Shown: positions 14,731 through 37,945 of the stretch, one piece after another | Position numbering within the stretch: position 1 is the first letter of the stretch | Layout: each line of letters starts with the position of its first letter | From: Amoebidium appalachense | Lineage: Eukaryota > Protista > Ichthyosporea | Direction of reading: 5' to 3' | Length of the DNA stretch: 64,000 nt | NCBI GenBank assembly: GCA_963693365.1 | Contig: CAVNZM010000002.1 | Span: 6,025,443 to 6,089,442, forward strand | Notes under the pieces: model-generated | Told to the model about the DNA's origin: nothing | The model's input: only the letters and a program-made list of their open reading frames with translations | Database searches by the model: none | Made by a program: the position numbers and the translations under genes

Positions 14731-17658
14731 ATGAGTGGGTAGGTTAGAAGGAGAGGGAGGTTAAGAAATGGCATGCATTAGGAAGTACAGATTCACAGCT
14801 GGTAATCTAAACCTTCACATCAAAAAAGAGCCCAAGCCTAGAGCATGCAAAAATTTAAAGCCCACCGGGAGAAGTTTAATACCCGAAGAGGGCCAGGGAC
14901 CCAAGATAACGGCCGTATATTTATTAGTGGGTTTATCAGCAAAAAATTGGATCCCAGCTCCCATTTCTTTCTCGTGTGTCTCTTAGAACATTTACATGGA
15001 GGGGGTCTTACTTGAAGCTGTAGCATCTAGGGTGACCGTGAGTGTGCCCACGACCTTATCCATCTTTGCATCCATGTCCTTCATCAGATCACATACCACA
15101 TCGTGCAGCCCAGGATCCTGATTGGCTGCATGTCAGCACCTCACATGGCCACGTACATGCAACTCCATAGGATGAAACCAACTTGAATGGCTTCCCCCCC
15201 CCCCCCCCCCCCCCCCCCTCTCCTCCCAACCAACCAAGAAGAAGAAGAAGAAGAAGAAAAACTTCAAAAAAAACAAAAAATACAAAAAAGAAACAAATAA
15301 AAAGGGTCCTAAAATTTAAACTAAATCTAAAACCGCCTGATAGCTTTGGTTGGTCTGTAGTTTGCGAGCCTTAAGCCTTTTATCCGCCAGTCAACGAAAT
15401 ACAAAAGCCAGACACAATATCATTTAATTTTGTGGGGACAGGTAATGGCGCAAGTAAAGCTCAAGCGACCCACTATCGTGCAGATTCCATGCAGGCATGT
15501 ATGGTATTGCTCTGTGGAAGGTGGAACAAGGGAGGGAAGGCGTAGGGCGGGCGGGTGGGTGGTGGTGGTGGTGATGTGTGTGTGTGTGTGTGTGGGGAGG
15601 GGGGGGGGGGGGGGGGAGGGGGAGGGGGGGAGGGGAGTGGGGCTGAACACCTCAGCAAGGGCACTTGTGACCTCATGGCGGGTGACCTCACAGGGTATGG
15701 GCCCTGTGGGGGGTATGCACATCTGCGGGTGGGTCAGGGTATGGGCTAGACTGGAAGAAAGAGGGGACACACATGACACATTGGATAGGCCCACCCCCAT
15801 AGCGGTACATACTACAACTGATGCATTCACCAGTCACCCTCCAAAAAAAGAGATTATGCTCATGAGCATAAACTACCACCCATCATCTTCCCTCCTTCCC
15901 CCCCCCCCCCCCCCCTCTCTCTTCTTCCCTCCCCCCCCAAACACAACCCCCCAACTCCGGGACAACTCTTGAGGAAGAAAGAAAAAAAAAAAGGAAAAAA
16001 GAAATTTTTAGTACATGAACCCACACACACATACAGAACCTTTGTGTCCCTCTCTCTCTCTCTCCCCGATATTTGCCCGTATACACATGCATGCGCCACC
16101 ACCACTTAGGGCACACCATTAAAGAACACCACCCCATAACCGCACAAACCTTAATGTGGCTCAGCTCCTTAAAGTCCGTGCCGCTCTTCACCACGGTCAC
16201 ATTTCCTATTTTGGACACATTGTAGAAGTGGTCGTGCCCCCCAAGCACAAGGTCAAACCCCGGCACCTCGGTGGCTAGAAGGATGTCGTTGGGCTCACGC
16301 TATTGGTTGAAGATCAGCGTCAGAGTTTGAATCAGAGAGATCGCATAAATTAATGCTGTGCCGGTAGAAAATAAAAATAAAAAAAAAAATTTTTTTGGGG
16401 GGGGGGGGGGGGGGGGGGGACCAGGAGGGGTGCCTCATTACAGTCTGGGTGAGTGAAGGAAGAAGAGAAGAGAGAAGATGGCTTGAAGGAAAAAAAGTAA
16501 GTTCGGATGTAAAGCAGAGGTTGGATGGTGAAGGGACACCCCCCCCGGCAGACACATGCACCTCATACTGCCACCATCCACCCTCTCCAGATGTCCCCCC
16601 CCCCCCCAACCCCCCCCCCGCCCCACACGGCCCCCAAGATATAATGGCATGCCCACGGTCCCCTCATACATACCTACCCACCTCGTGACTCCCCTCCCTT
16701 AAAACGTATCACCAAATCAAATCAGCCCCCCTCCCCCCGCTCCCCCTCCCCCCTCCCCCTACCCCGCCCCCCTCCCTCACAGACACCACGTGTGTGACCC
16801 CCCCCCCCCCCCCCCCTCCCCCCCCTCCCCCCCCCCCCCAACAACCACGCACCATGTGTGTGATGGCCACCACTACTCTGCAACCGTCATCCCTCAGTGC
16901 CTGAGCCCACTTTCTCCCCTCCTGCACAAAGTCTTTATACGTGATGCCCTCCGGTAGCTGTGGTAACGTTTCCAGCCACTCCCTGCAATCATTATATGCA
17001 CAGTGTGAATGGGGGGAAGGGGTTGGCGTGGGTGGGTGCGGGGAGGGGGAGGGGGGAGGGAGGGGGGGTATTTGTGACTGGATGAGGGAGGGGGGGGGGG
17101 GGGAGGGAGGGGGATTGGGGACGGGTTAGAGGTGTTGGGCGCGACTCAGAGGGGGGAGGGAAGCAAATGAGAAAAAGACCGCGGGGTAGGGAGAGGGGGG
17201 TGGAGGAAGGGTGGGGAACGAGGGGAGGGGGAGGGGGGAGGGGAGAAGCGGTAGTTTTCATGAATGCTATGTATCTCAAAAGGATTAGGGGGGGGGGAGG
17301 GGGAGGGGGGGGGGGGGGGGGGCGCTATTCAACAATAATAATCCGTTCAACAATATTGATCCGGGGGGGGGGGGGGGGGGGGGGGGGGGAGGTGAAGATG
17401 AGTGGTGTACAGACAGGTGGAATGAGACAGCACATGTGTGCTGGCTGATTGGGAGCAATAGCACAGGGTCCCTTGCTCGTGTCGTGTGCATGTGTGTGGG
17501 TCTTTTTATTTCTTACTATTGGTATTCACTTTTTTCCCCTTTCTATGTCAGCGCGGTGAATTGAAGCAAACAGGGGGACCGAGGGGGGGGAGAGAGGGGG
17601 AGTGAGGGGGGGATGAGGGGTGGTGGGGGGGGACTCGATGAAGGGAAAGGGGAGGAAG

Positions 17659-17694
<36 letters not shown>

Positions 17695-18028
17695 TGTATG
17701 TGTGTGCCGTTGGAAAGGGCAGGGAGGGATGCCGAGGGGAGGGAAAGGGTTAGAGGTGAAATGGGGAGGCGGGGAGGGAGGGGAGAGGGGGGGGGGGACG
17801 GGGGGGGGGGGCAAATAGAGGAATTCATACTTCTCCACAAGACCCACAAACCCGAATTTCACACCCTGGTACTCGAGGGTGTGTGTCTGCTTGCTGCCTG
17901 CATGTGCAGGTCTCAGATCAGTTCTCGCCCCCTCTGCCGTCACTGGTCCACCTTCACCCCAGCCTACAACCCCCCCCCCCCCCCCCCTCCCTGCTACACC
18001 TTCCCCCTCCATGCCCTTCATTGCCCCC

Positions 18029-18075
<47 letters not shown>

Positions 18076-19581
18076 CCCCCGCCCTGGGCCCAACACCTCC
18101 CTTGGAGAGAATGTCGCTGGTAACACCTATAATGAAGAGCAAGATCTTTCATACCCCAACAGGGTTTGCTATGGTAACTTTCCATGCATTGAACGCCAAA
18201 CTCCTCGGCCAGTCCCTGTAACCCCCTTTTACCTCTATTGGTGAATGACCTTGCAGCGCCACTAGCAGAAATCATATATCCCACATCTCACAACCCCCCT
18301 CCCCACCGCCTCAATACCCAACGCATAAAAAAGCACAGAATAAGATGGTTTGCAACACACCTGCCAGGGGTGTGCCGTCAGGGCCCGTGACGTTAGCCAG
18401 CAGCCAGGGGAAGTTGCACATGCCCACCAGTTTGGTGAGGGTGGGCAGCCCAAAGTCAAAGTCGTGGTTGCCAAGCGCAGCTACAGACACGTTGAGAGCA
18501 TTGATGCACGGCACCATGTGCTTGCCTGGGTAGGGTGTGTAGGGACCAGAGGGGGGAGGGGTGGGGGGAGGGGGGAGGGGGGGGTGGGATTGTGTGTGTG
18601 TGTGTGTGTGTGTTTGCGTGCGTGCGTGTGTGCGTGTGCGTGTGTGTGTGCTCGTGTATGTGGTGTTGGTTGTATCGATGTTAGTGGTGATGTTGGCTTG
18701 GTGCTTATACGACAAGGAACAGGGCGAGAGCGAGACAGAAAGGCCTTTCTGCTTCCTTTCAACACAACCTGTGCTGTCTAATCCCATGTTGAACATCAGT
18801 CATTTCGTGGTCCCTTTTTGACAAAGGCGACTTAACCAGTCAGGATGTGAGGGGGGAAACATGCTCCCAAGAGTGATATTTGTATTCAGGATCCGTTGAA
18901 AGAGTGACGGGGAATGGGAATCGGGGTATTTGTGCTTGTGAGTAGGGGAGTGAGTGTTAACTTGCGAAGGGGAGGGGGGGGGGGGGGGGGGGGGGGGAGG
19001 GAGGGGGGGGGGAGGGGGGGGGGGGGGAGGCGGGGGGGGATCTTAACCCTTTGTGACACTACTGAGTGTGCTGGGGTTGAACAGGTCCCCACTGAAAACA
19101 ACAAGCGGCTTGCTGCCGCCAGACAGGGTGTCCACCAGTGTCTTGAACCGCGCAACACCTCCCACGGGTTCACGCTCACTGCACCCATTAGTAACAGCTC
19201 AGTACACATCATACTAATCCGTGATGTAAGGTGTCACTGGCAAACGCCATTACGAGACCAGGATGCTGACCCCATCCCCACACCATTGACCTACTAGCTC
19301 TGTTGTCTGCTTCTACACATCACCCCGCAACAACAGGGAAACTTCGAGAACTGTATCAAGCTGTGGTCGTAAGTTACACTTAACTTGTTTTATATTGCTT
19401 TGCTAACCCAATACACCACCACAGCTTGACCATACCTTTCCAACGACTCGTATGCACCACTACACAACGATTAATTAATGTGGGTACTTGAGTCGAAAAC
19501 ATTGAGAGGTTTGGGGACGGACCTTGGTTCGACGTGGTACACGTCGTTGAAGTGTATCATGTTCAGCTGCTGCGTTGCCAT
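10577..19581 (-). CDS. 5'-nucleotidase / calcineurin-like metallophosphoesterase with 5'-nucleotidase C-terminal domain (~15 exons)
   Basis: Exons splice into [19 protein letters not shown] / EPVGGVARF...FSGDLFNPS / GKHMV...GNHDFDFG...FPWLLANV / FGFVGLVE / EWLETL...VAITHM / GGHDH...KSGTDFK / [11 protein letters not shown] / GTIRAD / LFPFEDP / [21 protein letters not shown] / GKDGY / PRVEGRI*. GT-AG borders are canonical. Confidence 0.93.
11551..11700. repeat. Intronic ~34-35-bp minisatellite, 4-5 diverged units (TATAAGTGCCACCCCGCTTTGGCCCCTATCAGCAG-like)
   Basis: TATAA...GCTTT...CCCTAT...GCAG recurs with ~34-35-bp spacing. Confidence 0.7.
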
Positions 19582-20028
19582 GGTGACGACTAGTTGGAGT
19601 TTACTCCCTTCAAGGATGTGCACCTCCTTAAACGGAACTCCGACCTTCAAAAAACTGAAAAAACTTCAAAGAAAACTGTGACAGAAAGGTTTCATCACGA
19701 AGTTTTCCTTTTTCAAATTTAGGTGAGCCACTGACCAATCATATGACGCGTAAGGGAGTGACCTGCATAGCGACAGAGGTGGGTAAAAAGGCACACACCA
19801 GCAGCGGTTGAACATTAAACACCATGATCAATCGAAGACCATCATTCAGTCAGTAAAGTGCACTATGTATCTGTTCTGAAGCACTTGAACTCGTTCCTCT
19901 AGGGCTCATTTCTTGCACAATAGCGCGCCTTAGTTTCCCACCCTATTGGGAAACTCTTAACCACTCCTAACCTCCTTGTGCAGTTCTCCTTCTCCCCCCC
20001 CCCCCACCCCCCCCCCGCCCCCCCTCCG

Positions 20029-20059
<31 letters not shown>

Positions 20060-20120
20060 TCCCTCCCCCCCCCCCCGCCCCCCCCTCCCAAGACCCCCCC
20101 CCGTTCCACCTCACGACAAC
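19582..20120. promoter_or_regulatory. Divergent (head-to-head) promoter region between the 5'-nucleotidase and SDR genes
   Basis: Start codons at 19581 (-) and 20121 (+) are ~540 bp apart. CCAAT boxes lie at ~19735 (GACCAATCA) and ~19945 (ATTGG). Confidence 0.55.
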
Positions 20121-20693
20121 ATGGGTAACATAGCCAACCGGCTAGTCAACCTGGAGGGAAGTGCACGCAGCAACGGCTATGGCTGGGCCACCACTGCACA
20201 GGAGGTGGCAGACAGGGAGGGTGTGGTCCTGGACGGGAAGAATGTTCTGATGACGGGCGGAACGGCCGGTGGGGATGCAAGCGGGCACTGTGTGACAAAT
20301 TTGACTGATGTGTAGGCTGACACTTGCATGCTAGTTAAAAGGTGTGGGTGTCGTCATGCACACAGAGAAAACACAAGTCATACAGTGGTTTGATTAGGTC
20401 TCCTGAACCCAAGACCTTCTGGTTTCCAGACACGTGCGATATGGTAGAGGCAAGGTGGGGGGGGGGGGGGGGGGGGGGGGGGGGGAGAGGGAAGGAAGGG
20501 GTGAAGGAGGAGTCGTTGGTTGAGGGTGGCTAAAGTAGGGGCCAAGAAAAAGTTAGATGGAACGAGCCGTCTGGATTGTGTAGGCTTTACAAAACATCAA
20601 TTAAGCGGAGGTGAGGGAGTGCAGGGCTCATTGGCGGACATAAACTGGTTGGCTTTTTTTTTCTTTGTGTGCATCGTATGTTGCATTCAACCC

Positions 20694-20733
<40 letters not shown>

Positions 20734-22159
20734 TTCCCCCCCCTTCTCCGCCAATGTTAAGTATGTGGCCAACGTACCGTGTAGCCTATGTTGCAATCTC
20801 GAAACACCATTTCCTAGTATTGGCTATCTTGTATAGTACCTCCCCCCTCCCCGCTCCCCCTTGCTCCCTACCCCCACCCTTTCCCCGCCTTCCTCCCCCC
20901 CCCCCTCCCCCCCCCTCCCCCCCCCTCCCCCCTACCCCCCCCCCCCCCCCCACAAAAAAAGGGGGGGGGGGAGGGAGGGGAGGAAGGAGGGGGATGAGGG
21001 TGTGTGTGTGTATGGGGGGGGGGGGGGGGGGGGGGGGGGGAGGGAAGGAGGGGGATGGAGGGGTGGGGTGGGAGGGGGGAGGGGAGGGGAGGGAAGGGGA
21101 AGGAAAATGTTTATCTTGTTACCCCCCCCCCCTCCCCCTCTCTCCTCCCCCCCCTCCCCCCCCCCGCCCCCTCCCAAAAAATAAAATAAAAATAAAATGA
21201 AGTAATGAAATATTCAAAATCAGTATGGGCTATCTGATGTAACCTCCCTCCCCCCCCCCCCCCACGCACACACACAGACACACCTCACTCCCCGCCCCCC
21301 CCCCGTCCCTCCCCTTCCTCCCCCCTCCTTCTACTCCTGCGCCTACGGCTTGGATATTTGCAGACATAGGCCGATTACCAGGTTGACTCTGTGTGTTGCA
21401 TGTATTAGCTGCGAGTGGATACTCAAAGCAAAATATCAGGGGAGATGGGGGATGGACCAAACTGTGTAGGGTGATGTGTGTGGGCCCGTACTAATAACCT
21501 TGCCCTACTGCAGGTATTGGGAAGGAGGTTGCAAGGGTGCTCGCCAGTGTGGGTGCACATGTGTATCTCGCCTGCCGAGATATACAAAAGGGTCAGAGGG
21601 TGGTGGAGGAGATAAAGGCGCGCCACCCAGACAGCAAGTTTACACTCATACCCCTTGACCTATCATCGCTCGAGTCTGTAAGAGCCGCAGCCAATGAATT
21701 CCTTTCGTTAAACGTGCCGCTGCACATTCTCGTCAACAACGCCGCCGTTGCTCTCGTGCCTTATACAGAAACTGTGGACGGGCTTGAAATGCACATGGCA
21801 ACCAATCACTACGCGCACTTTCTCCTCACAAACCTTCTTCTTCCCGCACTGAAAAAAGCCCAAGACGCGCGGATTGTAGTTGTTGCATCCGCCGGGCACA
21901 GGAGTGCACCAATAGGTTTTGAGGATATGTCAGGCAAGGGTACGTGGTACACGAATGTGGGTGGGGCACGACTCAGGGCGTATTGCCGGTCTAAAACAGC
22001 AAATATTCTGTTTGCAACGGAGTTGGGAAGAAGGCTCAAGGAGCAGGGTTCGAGCATCACGGTCAACTGTTTGCACCCTGGAACCATTGACACCGGGTTT
22101 GAACGACACACGGATGTTATGTTCATCAAGGTTTTGAGTGCATGTATGTGGCTGCTCCA

Positions 22160-22207
<48 letters not shown>

Positions 22208-22447
22208 ACACACACACACCACACCAACCACCACCACCACAAAAAAAACAAAAACAAAAAAAAACGCACACAAACACACCCACCCACCCACCCACCCACA
22301 CACAGAGAGAGATGCCACTTGCCTGCACATATACACACAGACAGACACACACATGCAAACGTGTGCACAAACACACACACACACACACACACGTACTACA
22401 CAAACGTGGCTGTGTAGCATGGCTAATACCCCCCCTCCCCCCCCCTT

Positions 22448-22526
<79 letters not shown>

Positions 22527-23306
22527 ACACAATCCACACACGTAGATCATGTCACCTCATTCCTCCACATACACACGTGTTGATGCCGTAATACTTGCAA
22601 GCATAGCCTGCCACTTCTTCTCCCCACAGGCATCGGGAAAGCTATAGAATCCCCACCCCCAATTCCCCCCCCACCCCCCACCCACACATACACACACCCT
22701 TTCCCCCGCCCTTTCTTCCCCTTACCCATACTCGGTGCCAATGGGTGGATGGTGTGGTTTCTTTTCTTTTTTGCCCCGGGGATGGGGGGAGGGGGGGGGG
22801 AGAGGGGGGGGGGGGGGGGGGGAGGCGGGGAGGAGGGGGGAGCCGTTTTGGGTGCCTAGACGTTCATAGGGGTAGATGAAGATGTAAGCATGGTGGACAG
22901 CCTACGACACATGACCTGCAATTCACACAAACGTGCACACAACACACATGTGTGCCCGCCATCTCGCGCACCCTCATGCGTACACGCACAGACAAAAGCA
23001 CGCACAAGGGTGCACTCGGAATGGTGTGCCATGTCACGTGCACAAGTGGGCCCGGGGCCATATATGCACACGTGCCCGTTACGGTATCCCTAGGTGCACA
23101 TTCACACACACGTTTGCATGCCCATGGGTGCATGCACACATGCCCACGCACACAATGACCATACACCTGCATGCAGCTAGCTACACGGTATCCCTCCTAT
23201 GCCCCTTCACCTGCCTTCACTCACGTTACCCCCCTCCCCCCATCGTCCCCATACACACACACGCACCCCAATCCACCCACCCACGTCCACCATCCATGCA
23301 CACACA

Positions 23307-23358
<52 letters not shown>

Positions 23359-23406
23359 ACACACACACACACGCACCCACACACGTACACACACACACGT
23401 AACCCC

Positions 23407-23437
<31 letters not shown>

Positions 23438-23647
23438 ACAGTCCCCATCAACCAGTTCCACAAGAGCATACCGCAGGGTGCATCCACCACCGTCTACACC
23501 TGCCTGTCCCCCTCTCTCTCCTCTGTTTGTGGCTGCTACCTGTCTGACTGCAACATAGCTCAGCCGGCAGCCCATGCCACAGACAGGGAGGTTGCACAGA
23601 GGTTATGGACATTGAGTGAGAGGGTCACGGGGGTGGTCTGGGCTTAG
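20121..23647 (+). CDS. Short-chain dehydrogenase/reductase, retinol dehydrogenase/WWOX/TIC32-like
   Basis: Exon 20121-20268 joined to 21514-22130 gives Rossmann [32 protein letters not shown], catalytic YCRSK and HPG. The last exon, 23442-23647, reads [12 protein letters not shown]...RLWTLSE*. One small middle exon was not resolved. Confidence 0.92.
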
Positions 23648-24368
23648 ACACATTGTGTATGCATATGTGCTTGTGGTTAGAATCACACTCTTCGCGATCG
23701 TACTGCACCTCATTATATATGTCGTTAATAAACAGCACATTCCCCACCCCCCATTATATATAAAGGCTTTAGATGTAGATTATCAGCTAGCCACGTTTAC
23801 TTGGTATCGTGCTTAAGATGTTAAATATTATACTTAATAAGAAGGTGTGGTTTTTGGCTACCAATACTTGAAAGTTAAATATAGTCTCCAAATTGGGAAT
23901 CGGTGCCACAAAGAGTCCATTAGCTAGTCACATGGTTGGTCAGTACCACACACTGAGAAGATTTTTTTAGCTGGCCATGGCCTTTAGCACCATGCATCAT
24001 AATTAGATGATTATATAGTAATATCAAGGCCATGTTTTCCGGCGTATTTCTGTGTCAGAATTTTCACGTGCACGTGGGGCGCGCCATCGGGGGGGAGGGG
24101 GAGTCTTTTACACTGTATATATAAATTGCTTTTGCTATTCAGGCCTTTGTGCATGCACAATTTCTTCCTTTATTCTTGAACACAAATACAGACACGAATG
24201 TGTTAATAACTGAAGGTAACCACAAATATGGACTACGTCATGCACAGGTGAGCACAACACACCGGACACACCCACACACCGTACCTACACTTGCAAATGG
24301 TGTCCGGCTCGTGTTTCTTTTAGAATGTGGAAACACACCTACTTACTAACAACTCCCCCCCCCCCCCA

Positions 24369-24435
<67 letters not shown>

Positions 24436-24759
24436 CCCTGTCCCCCCCTTTCCTTCCTGCACAATCGCCATCTACCTGCCGCTGGTTTTGTGTGCAAACG
24501 TGTGCCACCGTACCATGAACCGAACAGACACATCCCTGGGGTGTATCCATGAAACACGACTTCAACCAAACAAAATCTTCTGAACGCAAACCCTCCCTCC
24601 ACATTAATCATCAATTGATTCCCATTCGTGCATTTTTACATTCGTACACAATCGTGATCACCTGCTCTCCACCCCTACGACGTATAAACCATAGCCATAC
24701 ATCGCGCTTCCTGATTGGTGGCCACCACCCACGTGCACGTGTTAAGCACGTGGTGGTTG

Positions 24760-32744
<7,985 letters not shown>

Positions 32745-33604
32745 ATTGGCGGAGGCAGCAGGTACTGGGCTTCACTATTCACACACGGCCAGGTGGCAAG
32801 TAGCCTGCACGTGTTTACCACTCAAGAACACTTCTACTAACTAACTCGCTCGTCAACGTCGCAGTCCCAAGTGCCAAGTGAGTCTCTCAAGAGCTTTGAT
32901 CTGCGGCACGCTCTGGAGCTCCGATCGCAGGCTGATTACGTAACAGGCACCCATGCCCAGCATGTACTTTGATCCAATTCCCCTTCCACGATATAGTTGA
33001 CAACTTGACACGTGCACAGGGAACTTCATGCATGTAGCCTACATCGCTTTCTAATTGCTCTTTACTTGCCATTTCCATATAAGACCTTATAACAATATCG
33101 ATCTGGGGGCGGTAGTAAAGTGTTTTGTCCGACGGCAAGGGAAGAGTGGTGGGGATGGTGGGTGGTGGTGGCCCGGGGGGGGGGGGGGGCTCAAAAATAC
33201 ATGCTCAGTGATTATCATTTATATCTCCAAAGAGAAGTTACTAATATTTCATCACTTTGAGTGCTGTCTCCCTGCGGCTCTCCATATACCTTGTATGTTG
33301 CCGCAGGCGTTCCGCAGCCACTTACGTAAGCCAGCGGGTACATAGCCTTGCCAAAGGAGACAGAAATTTACTGCAATTATTTACGGAAGTTTTGGCAAAC
33401 GTTGGCCAATAACGGCACATATTTACATATTATTTGATATCTCACAAGTAAAAATCAAAAAAATAGAAGATGCTCTCTGTATCACGCAAACAAACACAAA
33501 AACATTCAAATACTCTACGTCTCAACTAGTACCTCTGGGTCTGCAAGATCCGCACTACGCCTATATATGGTCATTCGTGCATATTGGTCTCAAAGTTGTT
33601 TTCT

Positions 33605-33731
33605 TTAACACAGCAGCATGCTCTCCAGTCTGTTGGCCTGCTTAAAGTATGCATCGTACTCGGCCTCCGTCATCAGTTGCTCGTCCTCCTGCCAACCACA
33701 ACAACAAATGTCAATATAATCATACCAACCC

Positions 33732-33769
<38 letters not shown>

Positions 33770-34326
33770 CTCCCTCCCTCCCCCCACCACAAAAAAAAAC
33801 AAAAAAAACAAACATTTATCCCCCCTCCCCCCGAGTCCCCCCACTTCACCCCCCCCCCCTCCCCCCGAGTCCCCCCATTTCAAGTTCTCCTCAAACCCTC
33901 CCCTCCCCCCCCCTCCCCCCCCCCCCCCCCCCAAAAAAAAAAAAAAAAAAAGAAGAAGAAAACATGCTGCTCCCCAAACGCCCATTTTCCCACCGGCCAC
34001 CTCTCCTTCTTCCTAGGCCACAAACCACCACCAACACCGGCCACCGCACCCGTCACTGCACACCACATCACCCACACACCTATACACAAGCATGAATCCA
34101 TGCACACGCCAGATGCACACAAGCACACACAGGAGCTCAACCACAGGGATAATATCTCGAACAAGTGCTTGCACAGTCTCATGTGCCGTCTGTGCGGGCA
34201 CACACAACCACAAATCATGGTGAGTGTCAAGTTTTAAAAGGGGCAAATCAATTGTAGATTTCGGCCTCTGTCGAAACTCTGAACATAAAAATTTACCAAA
34301 TCCCCCCTCCCCCTTCCTCCCCCCTT

Positions 34327-34357
<31 letters not shown>

Positions 34358-35060
34358 CCGGTACCACAATCAACCCCATTCCCCTCCTCCACTAGATGAA
34401 AAATCAGAACCTGAGATGTTTACCCCCCCCCCCCCCCCCCCCCTCCCCGCCCCCTTCCCCCCTCCTCTCTCTCTCACCAGGACCAACTTTGCAGCCTTCA
34501 CCTCGACCACTCCCTCCTTCTCGCCCACTAGTTCTTGGTCACTCTCCCCATCCCAAAACTCCCTAGTCCTAAAGTTGCAGCAAACATACATCTCCCCACC
34601 ACACACACACACAGCACACACACACACCCACACACTACACAGCCACCCCACACCCAAATATTAGGCACACACACACACACACAGACACACATGCCCACCC
34701 GCCCACCCACCCACCCACCCACACACACACACACACACACGTGCGCACACACATACATGCGCAAACACACACACGCGCACACACACACACACACCTCCGT
34801 GACTGCAGTGATAGGCTTCCACATGCCGCACACCTGCACCAGCACATCTCCAGCCATTGTGGCCAGATCCTCCCCCCCAGCCACCCCGTCCATTGCTGCA
34901 CATGCCCACCCCCAGACTCAATATCAGTGCTTTACACACAGAACAGCACACAATCACCCTTCCTTCCACCTGTCTACATTGGTGTCACGTGACTCCCATC
35001 GGTGCTTCCAGAACCGTCCATTTCAAACCCTCCGTGCCCCCCCCCTCCATCCCTTCCCTC

Positions 35061-35091
<31 letters not shown>

Positions 35092-35321
35092 ACAAAAAAA
35101 AAAAAGGAAGAAAGAAAGAAAAAGAAAAAGAAAGAAAACCATCTCACCCAGAAACAGAAACCAGTCCTCCTTACTTCCACTACCCCCTCCCCCCCCCCCT
35201 CCCCCTTCCCCCCCCCTCCCCCCAAGAAAAAAACAAAAAAAAACATCCGACCCAGAAACAGAAACCAGGCTTCCTTGCTTCAACTACTCCCCCCCGCCTT
35301 CCCCTCCCCCCCCTCCCCCCC

Positions 35322-35352
<31 letters not shown>

Positions 35353-36943
35353 ACACACAATCCACCCACCCACCCATATATCCCTTAGACAACAACCACA
35401 CAGCACACTCGTGGCACATGGCACATACCTGGGGGCAGCAGGCCACTTGACCTGCGTCTGGCCAGGGAGTTGCCGTCCCCACCATCCCCCTCCTCCTCTC
35501 GCTTGCGCTTGCGATTGATCTGTGCCGCATACTCCAATCAATCAACCATTTTCACCTGTAACCCTCTCTCTTCCCTTCCCACATAAAAAAACAACAGCAA
35601 TAACCAGACGAAAAAAAAGGAAACGGCTACAAAGAACAAGAAGAAGTGGAAGAAGAAGGACGGAAAGAGGGAAACAAAATTCAACGATACACTCACACAT
35701 ACACAGACATACACACACACACACGCACACACACACACCCACCCACCCGTCTCCCCCCCCCCTCCCCCCCCCTCCCACACACCTTTTCGACCAGGTTCTG
35801 CAGGTATGTATCGTGGATGTCCTCCGGCTCCCAATGCTTTGTGTGTCTGTCCGACACTATCTTCACGTCCAGTGTCGCCTCCATGCCCCCTGCAACCACA
35901 CTTCTTTTAGCCCACATTCCCTTCCCCTCCCTTCCCCTCCCTCATCTCCCCCACCTACCCCTTACCCCACCAAGTCCCACCGCCACCTCCACCCCAAACC
36001 ACTACCACCACAACCACCGTCACCCCTTGCCCCCCAATTCCTTCCCCCTCCCCCTATCCCACCAATTCTAATCCCAGTACGCCCCCCTCCTCCATCCGCT
36101 CCCCCTCCGCCCCCCCCCCCCCCCCCCAAAAAAAAAAAAAAAAAAAAACCTAAACAACCACCATCTCGCCATCACAACCACCACCACAACCAATCCCACC
36201 ACCACCACCACTATCCCCACTTCCCCCCACCTCCCCCCCCCCCAAACACCACCCCATCCAGCCACCCGTCTCCCCCCAAATCCCCCCCCCCCCCCCCCCC
36301 CCCCCAACATACCCATAGGACGGTTATATTGGCTTGGCCTACGGGCACTCAATGCCCCGCCCATATTTCCACCCATTCCTCCACCGCCCGTCAACGACCC
36401 CCTCTGTGTACCCTGGTCCTGTGTTGCTGTCTCCTGTTGCTTGGGCCAAAAGTACTTTTCTGGTAGGGGGTTTTCCTTTGTCTCCTGCTCTATCTGTTTT
36501 AACAGGTCTGTGATGGGTTTCATTTGCATGTTGTACTCTTGCATTCTGTTTGCCTTTTTCTCCGTTACTTTCTCCTCAAGTGTCGTCTTGCACACGTGGC
36601 ACACAAGATCGCCCGTGTCCATGTCTATGAGTCGCGTCACGTCCAAATCCAAATACTGATTGTTGCATTTGGGGCATATATACTCCTGTACTCCGCTCTC
36701 TGCTTTATCCTGTTTTTCGAGTTTTTTAATGATCATGTTGTGGCGGTATGTCACTGCCTCTATAAATTTCTTAAAGTCGACATAGTAGTACTGGATCTTA
36801 CGGTCCCCACCCTTCTTCCTGCCCCCCCTGTACGTCTGTACCTGCTCTTCCTCCTTGCCTTCGTCTATCACCTCCCTGCATGGCAAGCACACAGTTAGCA
36901 GGTGAGGAGTGTGCCCAAGACAGGTGCAGAGTGGGGATGAGAG

Positions 36944-36988
<45 letters not shown>

Positions 36989-37377
36989 TTTGTATTTGTG
37001 TTGGAGGGAGGTGGGGGGGGGGGGGGAGGGGGGAGAGGGGGGGTTTGAATGCGTCAAAAAGTACGAAGTACACAAGAACAAACGGATAACACGATGCAGA
37101 ATGCAAGCCATACATAAAGAGTATGCATAATAAGCAGAGCCCATCCTCAGGGGGGCCACGTCATCCACAGTACCCGAGTTTCGACCTATTCCCCTCGTTA
37201 ACGAAACCCAACTCAGATACTGTTTCACTGGGGGGGTTGCTAGATGGGTGTGTGTGTGCATGCAGGCGCCAAGCGGTGTGAGTGTATGTGTGTAGGGAAT
37301 GTGTGGGTGTATGTGTTGGTTTGTGTGTGTGTAAATGTGTAAATGTAGAGTCTGCGACGGCCGCAGGAGCGTGTGTG

Positions 37378-37423
<46 letters not shown>

Positions 37424-37894
37424 GGGGAGGTGTCGGCACTACAACAATAATTAGGAAGTAAACATCAACTGGCTAGAGAGCTACCAGATCATCGAGCTTG
37501 TTTCTTCCCCCCCATCCCCCCCCCCCCCCCCCCCCCCCTCCCCCCAAACAAAAAAAAAGAAAAAAAAGAATTAAAGAAGAAAGAAGGCGGGGGGAGGGTG
37601 GGAGGGGGGAGGGGGGGGGGGGGGGGGGGGGGGGGAAGGGCAGAAAGAAGAACAAAAGAAAGCCAGAAAGTAAGAAAATAGGGGGGAAAGGCAGACAGGA
37701 AGGAAAGAAATATAAAACCCAACAGGAGAAAACAAAGAAAAAGAAAGAAACCCAACCCGTGTGCTTTGTGTGCTGCCTGGATGCCTATCTACACGTGCAC
37801 TGCAACCCTGACCCAGCTACTGTTTCCCAAGGGCCTCCCTGCCTCCCATCCTTTCATGGTTTCTTTTTTATCTTTCACCTTTTATCTCTAGCCA

Positions 37895-37945
<51 letters not shown>
